Assembly (NCBI GenBank): GCA_007123205.1
Contig: SKLM01000346.1
Coordinates: 1-36,041, forward strand
Source: Thermoflexales bacterium
GTDB taxonomy: Bacteria > Chloroflexota > Anaerolineae > B4-G1
Direction: 5' to 3'
Length of the DNA stretch: 36,041 bases
Made by a program: the position numbers and the translations under genes. Below the pieces are notes generated by a model. The model was given only the letters and a program-made list of their open reading frames with translations. It was not told the origin of the DNA and did no database searches. Positions 7,035-13,642 of this stretch are shown here, in pieces (within the stretch, counting starts at the first letter, position 1; the number at the start of each line of letters is the position of its first letter).

Positions 7035-8105
7035 GTGAAAGTCGTTCTGGTCTATGATCCACGTTGGGGATACACACCCGCCGATCACACCCCTTTCTGG
7101 GCCAGTCTGGACACTGTAGAGTACGTGGCCGGACTGCTAGAGGAGACAGACAACGGCGTGTTGCTCGTCAAGGCTGACGACGGACTCGAATTCAGACTCA
7201 GGGAAATCTTGGGGAAGCACTCGAATCCTCTGGTGTTCTGGCTCAATAGCCACTTGCCGGCTGATTCTGGCAAAGACGTGCCCACTATCGAGATTTTGGA
7301 GAGGGTCGGGATCATGCACACTGGCCCTAGCTCTGAAGCCCAGGCTGTCGGCCGCGACAAAGAGGCAACGAAAACGGTTTTCAGAAGGCTGGGGTTGCCA
7401 ACGCCTGAATCCTATGTTGTTTGCCCCGGGGACTACTCACCGATCTGCCAAAGTGGTAATTGGGATGGCTATGTGATCGTGAAGCCGTTGCTACAGGGAA
7501 ACAGCAGGGGGATGGATGAGCTTTCTGTCGTTCGTGTGGACGATTTCGAGTCAATAAGGGAAAGAGCTGAACGAGTACACCTGGAATTCGACGAGCCTGT
7601 CCTCGTAGAAAGGTACATTGGAGGGAAGGGCGCAAGAGAATTCACTGCGTCAATGCTCATCTCTCACGATGGGAGAACAGCCGACCTGCCAATAGCGGAG
7701 ATCGATCTGTCTCAGGTTCCTGCTGCGCAGGGGAAGTTTAGGTTCTTGACCCACGACATAAAAGACGAGAAGTATTATCTGAAGACACCTGCAGAGCTTC
7801 CAGCAGAGATCATCAGCAGGATATCGTCCGATGTTGGAAGAATCGTCCAGGAGATTGGTTGCCGCGATATGACCAGAGTTGATATCAGGGGCGACTCCAC
7901 CGGTATCTGCTATATCGAAGTCAACGTCAATCCGGGCAAGAACAGGTTCAGCTACCTGACAGCATCGGCATATTCCCTCGGTTTGCGCTATCGCGAGATC
8001 ATCGCCTTCATCCCCTATCAAGCTATGCTCAAGTACAGGCTGGAACCTCCGAGAAAGCTGAGGGAGTTAGTAGGATCTGTCATGGCGTTGTTCGATGCCG
8101 TCTAG
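7035..8105 (+). CDS. D-alanine--D-alanine ligase-family ATP-grasp enzyme
   Basis: GTG 7035 lies 6 nt after GAAGGAG. The 356-aa product has Ddl-type ATP-grasp features: DKEATKTVFRRLGLPTPE, VIVKPLLQGNSRGM, VLVERYIGGKGAREFT, and MTRVDIRGDSTGICYIEVNVNPG. The canonical Ddl N-terminal GGxSxEHEVS motif is absent. Confidence 0.85.
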   Translation: MKVVLVYDPRWGYTPADHTPFWASLDTVEYVAGLLEETDNGVLLVKADDGLEFRLREILGKHSNPLVFWLNSHLPADSGKDVPTIEILERVGIMHTGPSSEAQAVGRDKEATKTVFRRLGLPTPESYVVCPGDYSPICQSGNWDGYVIVKPLLQGNSRGMDELSVVRVDDFESIRERAERVHLEFDEPVLVERYIGGKGAREFTASMLISHDGRTADLPIAEIDLSQVPAAQGKFRFLTHDIKDEKYYLKTPAELPAEIISRISSDVGRIVQEIGCRDMTRVDIRGDSTGICYIEVNVNPGKNRFSYLTASAYSLGLRYREIIAFIPYQAMLKYRLEPPRKLRELVGSVMALFDAV

Positions 8106-8187
8106 ACTGTCGCCCTGGGCACAGGTCAGGCAACGGTGCGGCAGCCCTCCCTGTACTGAGCCCCACAGAGTGGATACGTCCAATCTC

Positions 8188-8205
8188 GCGGGTTCGCCAA
8201 CCCGC
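8188..8205. terminator. GC-rich hairpin between convergent genes (possible bidirectional terminator, no U-tract)
   Basis: GCGGGTT-CGCC-AACCCGC gives a perfect 7-bp stem with a 4-nt loop. It sits in the 180-nt gap between the ATP-grasp stop (8105) and the SIS gene stop (8288). Confidence 0.35.
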
Positions 8206-8260
8206 TGCCGCACGAGATGCCAGGTATCGCGCCAGGCTTCTCCGCCAGCGTCCCATCGAG

Positions 8261-8286
8261 GTCAAAGATAGCCCGTATCATCGGGC
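8261..8286 (-). terminator. Weak intrinsic terminator candidate after the SIS-domain gene
   Basis: The minus strand reads GCCCG-ATGATA-CGGGC followed by TATCTTTG, immediately after the stop at 8288-8290. The stem is only 5 bp. Confidence 0.3.
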
Positions 8287-8287
8287 C

Positions 8288-9325
8288 CTAGCGGGTCTCC
8301 GTCACCTTCGTAAGCCCCCGGGGATGGTCCGGGTCGTACCCCTTGGCCTCGGTGATGTGGAGAGCGAGCAGCTGTCCAGGGATTATGGACACCAACGGGG
8401 ACACCCATTCGGGCACAGGGGCCGGCAGCCGCAGCGGAACCCGGGCCATGGCCAGGGCCTCGTCCCGGTCCGAGATGATGCAGACCTCCGCCTGACGACC
8501 TACCAGCTCCTCCACCAGCGACAGCATGTCGCCATACACCGCCCCTTCTGGAAGGAGGGCGAAGACGGGGAACCCACCCTCGATGATGGCCACCGGCCCG
8601 TGGCGGAAGTCGGCTGAGGAGTACGGCTGGGCGACGATGTACGTTAGCTCCTTGATTTTGAGGGCCATCTCGACGGCCGTGGCGTAGTTGTACCCCCTTC
8701 CCAACACGACACACTGCGTGGCATGGGCATAGCGCTGGGCCGCAGCAGCGATCTCCTCCTCCAGCCCAAGGGTCTCCTTCACTGCAGCAGGCACGCGCCT
8801 CAAGATCTCCAGTCGTTCCTCGTCGTGCGCCAGATGAACTGCCAAGAGGGCGACCGCCCCCAGCTGAGCCGTATAGCTCTTAGTGGCGGCCACCGCCTTC
8901 TCCTCTCCGGCGCCCACCGCCAGCACGTGTTCTGCTGCGTCGCCCAGGGGTGAATCCGGCGTGTTGGTCACCGCTACCGTCAGCGCGCCCTGACGCCGTC
9001 CCTCCTCAACCACCGAGACGATGTCCGGCGACTGGCCCGACTGAGAGATACCGAGGACCAACGCGTCCCGCATGCGGGGCGGGGTCTGGTAGAGAGTGAA
9101 GAGTGACAACGGCGCTCGCGACACCGTCAGCCGATTGAGGGCACCGAAGAGGTGCTTGGCGTAGATGGCCGCGTTGTCAGAGGTGCCACGGGCGGATACA
9201 ACCACGTGGGAGACGTCGCGTTCGCGAATGATCTCGGCGATCTCCGCGGCCCGGGACACTTGTTCGTCGAACAGCCAGGTGAGGACCTGAGGTTGCTGGT
9301 GGATCTCGCGGCTGAGCTGGCTCAT
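8288..9325 (-). CDS. Stand-alone tandem-SIS-domain protein (GlmS isomerase-half / FrlB / AgaS-like sugar-phosphate isomerase or deglycase)
   Basis: ORF 8288..9427 is trimmed to ATG 9325 (GGAAGGAGATAGGA precedes it). The product starts MSQLSREIHQQPQVL... and contains VVVSARGTSDNAAIYAKHLF, VLGISQSGQSPDIV, AATKSYTAQL, LGRGYNYATAVEMALKIKELTYIVAQPYSSADFRHGP and DPDHPRGLTKVTETR. No glutaminase domain is present. Confidence 0.85.
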   Translation of the reverse strand: MSQLSREIHQQPQVLTWLFDEQVSRAAEIAEIIRERDVSHVVVSARGTSDNAAIYAKHLFGALNRLTVSRAPLSLFTLYQTPPRMRDALVLGISQSGQSPDIVSVVEEGRRQGALTVAVTNTPDSPLGDAAEHVLAVGAGEEKAVAATKSYTAQLGAVALLAVHLAHDEERLEILRRVPAAVKETLGLEEEIAAAAQRYAHATQCVVLGRGYNYATAVEMALKIKELTYIVAQPYSSADFRHGPVAIIEGGFPVFALLPEGAVYGDMLSLVEELVGRQAEVCIISDRDEALAMARVPLRLPAPVPEWVSPLVSIIPGQLLALHITEAKGYDPDHPRGLTKVTETR

Positions 9326-9409
9326 TCCTATCTCCTTCCGGCTGTAATAGGCCTCGATGGGGTGACGATACTCGTGCAGCGACACTCGCTTCTGGGCACA
9401 GGTCAACCC

Positions 9410-9418
9410 ATTATACCA
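9410..9418 (-). promoter_or_regulatory. Extended -10 promoter element for the SIS-domain gene
   Basis: The minus strand reads TGGTATAAT (TGn + perfect TATAAT) about 85 nt upstream of ATG 9325. No good -35 is present, which an extended -10 tolerates. Confidence 0.4.
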
Positions 9419-9662
9419 TCTTCTCATCTTCCAGAAAGGCAGCCTCCTTCGCTGACCGCCCTCCGTTCTGGCCCCCAGACTAGTACGACAAGCTCACATA
9501 AGCGAAGGCGGGCATTCTGAACCGCCATGGAGAATGAAGGTGTCGGTTCTCTGCCGGCACGCGCGAGATCCCTCGCCGCTCCAGCCGCTGGGCTTCCTGC
9601 GCTACCACGCAACCGGGCTCGTCGGTGCGATCTGCGGCGGTGCCGGAGACGGGCATTCCTCG

Positions 9663-9725
9663 TCGCTGGCGCGAGCCAGGCACGTGGCTTAGGGCTCGCT
9701 AGCGCGAGCCAGGCACGCGGCTTAG
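9663..9725. repeat. Tandem direct repeat, 2 x 30 nt with a 33-nt period
   Basis: TCGCTGGCGCGAGCCAGGCACGTGGCTTAG (9663-9692) and TCGCTAGCGCGAGCCAGGCACGCGGCTTAG (9696-9725) match at 28 of 30 positions. Each unit contains the inverted repeats CTGGC..GCCAG and AGCCA..TGGCT. The repeat lies in the divergent intergenic region. Confidence 0.8.
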
Positions 9726-9924
9726 CTGGACACGCTGGGCAAGTGCAAGGCAGCGGACCGCAGCGGCTTGACGCCACTCCGCTCCGCTGCGTGGCTAACT
9801 ACGAGCGGAGACTCCGTCCGGAGTTTCTTCCATTCGCGGTGCGCCACGCGCACCGTGGGTGTTCTCGGCATGACAGGAGCGGTCTTGTGGTGCCGGGTGG
9901 GTTGTTCCATAAGGCTTCCGTCGC

Positions 9925-9952
9925 TTGACATTGGCCAGACCGCGGTTAGAAT
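9925..9952 (+). promoter_or_regulatory. Sigma70-type promoter positioned for a leaderless LysM/CAP mRNA
   Basis: TTGACA (9925-9930), a 16 nt spacer, then TAGAAT (9947-9952). ATG 9960 lies 7 nt after the -10 and there is no Shine-Dalgarno sequence. Confidence 0.55.
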
Positions 9953-9959
9953 CGCGCTT

Positions 9960-11087
9960 ATGATCAAGCCTATGCGGAGCTGCTTCCCATGCTGGCGCTC
10001 GCTCGAGAAGCTGCTCGCCCAGGTCCTCCTGATCTCTGGGATCGCTGCGTGCGCCCGCCCTGCGCCCGCTACCCCAGCTGCCCTGCGCACAGTCCCTGCT
10101 GTGACAGCGATCTTGCCAGCCGCGGACACCCAAGTGCCCACTCACGACCCGCAGCCATCTCCGCCGCCTGCCGAAGCGGCGACGCCGGAAGTCGCGGCAG
10201 TCGCGGAGGCGTCGAGTCCCACCATTGTCAGCCACGAGGTCCAGGTCGGGGACACCCTCCTGGGGCTGGCCCGGAAGTACGGCGTGTCAATGGCCGCCAT
10301 CCAGCGCGAGAACCAGATCGGCAGCTCGACTGTGGTGCGGGCCGGAGACACGCTCTCCATCCCATCGGGCGACCAGTGGACCGGGAGCTCCGCCTTCTGG
10401 GTTCTCCACGAGGTAACCGCCGGCGAGACGTTGATCGCCATCGCCAGGGCCTACGACGTGGAGCCGGCGCGACTCCAGGCGGTGAACGGCCTCGAGGATG
10501 CCGATTACCTGACGCCCGGCCAGCAGCTGGTGCTGCCCCTGACCGGCCCGGCCGCATCGCGCGTAGGCAGGGTTACCGAGGCAGCAACTCCGACGCAGAC
10601 TGCTGCTCCGCAGCCTGCCGCGGCGGCTTCGGACCTGCCAGAATCGACAGCCGTGGTCCATACACCCCTGCCGCCCGGCACTCCTCCGGCCGAGCTCGCC
10701 ACCTGGGCCCACGAGATCGCGCGGCTGATCAACGAGGTCCGGACCCAGCACGGCGTTGCGCCCCTGACATACCATCCGGCGCTGGAGCAGGCCGCCCAGA
10801 TTCAGGCCGACGATTGTGCTCGGCGTGGGTGGTGCAGCCATACGGGCTCCGATGGGTCTAACATCAGGACGCGGATCCTCCGCACCGGATACGAGCCGAG
10901 CACGTGGGCCGAGTGCTGGGCCCAGGCCCCGTCGCCGCGACGGGCGGTCGACATGTGGATGGACGAGACGCCGCCGAACGACCCGCACCGCCGCACCTTG
11001 CTCAGCCCGCGATTTTCCGAGATCGGCATCGGCGTCGCCACCGCCCGGTGGGGCGCCTACGTCATCGCCAATTTCGGGCATCCCTAG
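9960..11087 (+). CDS. Secreted lipoprotein with two LysM domains and a C-terminal CAP/SCP (PR-1-like) domain
   Basis: ORF 9768..11087 is trimmed to ATG 9960. The N-terminus MIKPMRS...LLAQVLLISGIAAC carries a lipobox (IAAC). The LysM repeats are HEVQVGDTLLGLARKYGVSMAAIQRENQI...GDTLSIP and HEVTAGETLIAIARAYDVEPARLQAVNGL...GQQLVLP. The CAP-like C-terminus includes INEVRTQHGVAPLTYHPALEQAAQIQADDCARRGWCSHTGSDGS... and FSEIGIGVA. Confidence 0.85.
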   Translation: MIKPMRSCFPCWRSLEKLLAQVLLISGIAACARPAPATPAALRTVPAVTAILPAADTQVPTHDPQPSPPPAEAATPEVAAVAEASSPTIVSHEVQVGDTLLGLARKYGVSMAAIQRENQIGSSTVVRAGDTLSIPSGDQWTGSSAFWVLHEVTAGETLIAIARAYDVEPARLQAVNGLEDADYLTPGQQLVLPLTGPAASRVGRVTEAATPTQTAAPQPAAAASDLPESTAVVHTPLPPGTPPAELATWAHEIARLINEVRTQHGVAPLTYHPALEQAAQIQADDCARRGWCSHTGSDGSNIRTRILRTGYEPSTWAECWAQAPSPRRAVDMWMDETPPNDPHRRTLLSPRFSEIGIGVATARWGAYVIANFGHP

Positions 11088-11146
11088 CTGCAGCGGGATC
11101 AGCTGTGGCTACCAACTAACCAGCGGACCGCAGCGCCCTCTCGCCC

Positions 11147-11174
11147 TTGACGCCGCAATCGCCCTGCCTATAAT
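11147..11174 (+). promoter_or_regulatory. Sigma70-type promoter for the ParB-like/USP gene
   Basis: TTGACG (11147-11152), a 16 nt spacer, then TATAAT (11169-11174). Confidence 0.5.
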
Positions 11175-11263
11175 ACGCCGCGTGAAACGGAAGATGGGTT
11201 GTCCCAGTGGTGAAATCCATGCTCCTGCGCCGGCGCAGGAGCGAGAACCGGCGGTTTAAGGAG

Positions 11264-13015
11264 ATGGGATCGATGGGACAGACACTGGCCTCGGCGGTCG
11301 AGGATTTCCACCGCGCCCGCCTTCAGGCAAAGCTGGAAGATCTGGTGGGCCACCTGACCGGGCGGTCAACGGAGCTGCTATCCTACGAAGACGTACGGCA
11401 CAAGCTGCGGGCTCGAAGGAGACCGTTCCAGCGGGTCGACGACATCGCCCTGAATAGTATCGTCGGCAGCGTGGGCCGCTACAAGGACTTCACCCGCAGC
11501 TTCCTCCCCAGACATGCCAGCTCAAGGGACCGTTGGGCCAACGTCGAGGTTGCCGTGACCGGTATGGAGGGGGTACCCCCGATCGAGGTCTACAAGATCG
11601 GCGAGGCCTACTTCGTTCGAGATGGTCATCATCGAGTCTCCGTCGCCCGCCAGATGGGGGCGGATCGCATCCAGGCCTACGTGACGGAGGTGGAGACCGA
11701 GGTCCCGCTCTCCCCCGAGGTGGAGCCCGACGAGCTCATCATCAAGGCCGAGTATGCAGAGTTCTTGGCGCGTACGCGTGTGCAACGGATTCGCCCGGAT
11801 GCGGACCTGCGGGTCACGGAAGCGGGGAAATACCCCGTCCTGGAGGAGCACATCGATGTGCATCGCCATTTCAGGGGCTTGGAGCAGGAGCAACACATCC
11901 CCTACGAGGAAGCGGTGGCCCACTGGTATGACGAAGTCTACTCCCCGCTGGTGCGCCTAGTGCGCCAGCAGGGGATTCTGCGGGACTTCCCCGAGCGAAC
12001 GGAGACGGACCTCTATCTGTGGCTATCCGAGCACCGGGCTGTCCTGGAGGAGGAACTCGGCTGGCAGGTCTCGCCTGCCATGGCGGCAGACGACCTGGCT
12101 GCCCGGTTCAGCCGGAAGCCGAACCGGGTGTTGGAACGCATCGGCAGGAAAGCACTCGACGCCGTGACGCCCAGCGAGCTCGAGCCGGGCCCGGCGCCGG
12201 GGCGGTGGCGTGAGGAACGCCAGCCCCCCCGCCGCGGCGGTCAGATGTTCCCCAGCATTCTCGTCGCGGTTCGGGGGGACGAGAGCGGGTGGTCGGCCCT
12301 GGAGCAGGCCCTGGTGATAGCCCATCGCGAAGGGGCGGATCTGAAAGGTCTACACGTCCTCCCCTCCGAGGAGCAGGCGGAGCGGGCGGAGACGCAGGCG
12401 GTGCGGGAGATCTTCGATCGTCGCTGCGTCGAAGCCGGGATTAAGGGGACTCTCGTCTTCGGATTTGGCACTGTCGATCGGGTCGTGTGCGAACGAGCGC
12501 GGTGGGCGGATCTCGTCGTCCTCAGTTTGGACCATCCGCCGCGGCCGCAAGTGGCGGCGAGGCTCGGCTCCGGACTGGTGAGCGTCATCAGGCGATGCCC
12601 CACACCGCTACTCACCGTCCCCCGCAGCCCATCTCCCCTGAATCACGCCCTCCTGGCGTACGACGGTTCGGCCAAGGCCCAGGAGGCGCTGTTTGTGGCC
12701 ACCTATGTGGCGAGCCGCTGGGGTGTGCTGCTCACCGTTCTGACGGTGGATGAGGGCAGCAGTTCGGGGTCAGAGACGCTGGCGCAGGCCCGTCACTACC
12801 TCGAAATCCACGGGGTTCAGCCTCAGTGTGTGGAGATGGGCGGCGACGAGAGCGAGGGTGTGGCCCAGCCTATTCTGGCCACGGCCGGGGAGCGGGGGTG
12901 CGACTTCATCCTGATGGGCGGTTACGGGAAAAGCCCGCTGGTGGAGGTCGTCCTGGGAAGCGCCGTGGATCGCGTGCTGCGAGAGAGCCCGTGGCCGACC
13001 CTGATCTGCCGATAG
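11264..13015 (+). CDS. Fusion protein: ParB/sulfiredoxin-like N-terminal domain + helical middle region + two universal stress protein (USP) domains
   Basis: ORF 11207..13015. The start is probably ATG 11264 or ATG 11273 (AAGGAG at 11258-11263). The ParB-like core is PPIEVYKIGEAYFVRDGHHRVSVARQMG. The two USP-like halves are MFPSILVAVRGDESGWSALEQALVIAHREGADLKGLHV...LLTVP and ALLAYDGSAKAQEALFVATYVASRWGVLLTVLTV...ILMGGYGKSPLVEVVLGSAVDRVLRESPWPTLI. Confidence 0.8.
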   Translation: MGSMGQTLASAVEDFHRARLQAKLEDLVGHLTGRSTELLSYEDVRHKLRARRRPFQRVDDIALNSIVGSVGRYKDFTRSFLPRHASSRDRWANVEVAVTGMEGVPPIEVYKIGEAYFVRDGHHRVSVARQMGADRIQAYVTEVETEVPLSPEVEPDELIIKAEYAEFLARTRVQRIRPDADLRVTEAGKYPVLEEHIDVHRHFRGLEQEQHIPYEEAVAHWYDEVYSPLVRLVRQQGILRDFPERTETDLYLWLSEHRAVLEEELGWQVSPAMAADDLAARFSRKPNRVLERIGRKALDAVTPSELEPGPAPGRWREERQPPRRGGQMFPSILVAVRGDESGWSALEQALVIAHREGADLKGLHVLPSEEQAERAETQAVREIFDRRCVEAGIKGTLVFGFGTVDRVVCERARWADLVVLSLDHPPRPQVAARLGSGLVSVIRRCPTPLLTVPRSPSPLNHALLAYDGSAKAQEALFVATYVASRWGVLLTVLTVDEGSSSGSETLAQARHYLEIHGVQPQCVEMGGDESEGVAQPILATAGERGCDFILMGGYGKSPLVEVVLGSAVDRVLRESPWPTLICR

Positions 13016-13369
13016 CGGGGGCAACACCGGCGATACCCGAGTGCCGGCACCCTACGGGCCAAGGGGCGGGCCGTCCCCCCTCTCAGCCTCACGGCCCGAC
13101 GTGGCTGGGCCAGGCCTCTCTCCCCCGGACGAGATGAGTAGGTGCGGCCGGATCCTCCTACTGGTTAGACAGGCCGCGAACCCCATCGGCAGGGAGATTT
13201 CCACGCGCCCGCAACCGAGGGTGGGGAACAAGGGCTCAGGAATCGCAAGCCTGGGGCCTGGAGGGGGCTTTCGAGTGCCGAAACAACGCTGGGGCAGGCC
13301 GGCGCACCCTCGCCCAAGATGGTTCTTGGACCCTGTTCCGGGGTTTCTGCACCCTTTTCCAACCCTTAC

Positions 13370-13397
13370 TTGACATTCCGCCCCGCAGGCGTACAAT
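13370..13397 (+). promoter_or_regulatory. Sigma70-type promoter upstream of the ECF transporter operon
   Basis: TTGACA (13370-13375), a 16 nt spacer, then TACAAT (13392-13397). This leaves a ~240 nt leader before ATG 13643. Confidence 0.5.
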
Positions 13398-13642
13398 GAA
13401 GTCGCCGCGGACCCACGGTGGGCCGCGAGCAGAGGATAGATCGCCAGAACACCAAATGCAGCGTGCCTTATCACCTTCCGGTGCTGCTTGGATCGCCAGG
13501 TCGACCGAGACGGCTGAGGTAGGAACGTGGCCTCCGGCCCGCGGTGTGACGCTCCGCCGCTCGCTTTCTCCTTGCCAACTCTGTCGCTCACCTGCCATCC
13601 GGCCAGTGCGCATTGCAGGTTTAGATCAACAAGGAGAAGCTC

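Noticed and set aside
9663-9725. Possible CRISPR array (also considered for 28548-28601)
   Set aside because: There are only two or three directly abutting units, with no unique spacers of spacer length. One of the two sites is in frame inside purD. These are simple tandem repeats.
9424-9928. ORFs 9424-9777 (minus) and 9527-9928 (plus) in the divergent intergenic region
   Set aside because: The two overlap each other. Their translations are Arg/Ala-rich and partly just read through the 33-nt tandem repeat. Neither has an RBS.
9768-9959. Upstream extension of the LysM/CAP ORF starting at TTG 9768
   Set aside because: The TTG is part of a TTGACG box, and the extension is not signal-peptide-like. 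A strong promoter at 9925-9952 lies inside it, and the lipoprotein signal starts at 9960.
10287-11081. 264-aa minus-strand ORF and several other ORFs overlapping the LysM/CAP gene
   Set aside because: These are shadow frames of a GC-rich gene. Only the 9960-11087 plus frame gives LysM and CAP motifs and a lipoprotein signal.
13200-13300. Riboswitch-like fragments (CCCGCAAC, GGGGAACAAGGGCTCAGGAATC) suggesting cobalamin or TPP elements upstream of the ECF operon
   Set aside because: The elements are in the wrong order for a cobalamin riboswitch. The TPP CUGAGA / ACCUGA boxes are absent. The stretch also lies upstream of the best promoter.
13480-13525. SRP-RNA-like string (GGTGCTGCTT..CCAGGTCGACCGAGACGGCTGAGG) in the ECF leader
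   Set aside because: It lacks the conserved AGGUCCGGAAGGAAGCAGC domain IV core and cannot form the symmetric or asymmetric loops. The resemblance is superficial.
13052-13591. 179-aa minus-strand ORF (and three overlapping ORFs) between the USP-fusion gene and the ECF operon
   Set aside because: The composition is not protein-like and no motifs are present. It would run antisense through the predicted ECF promoter and leader.
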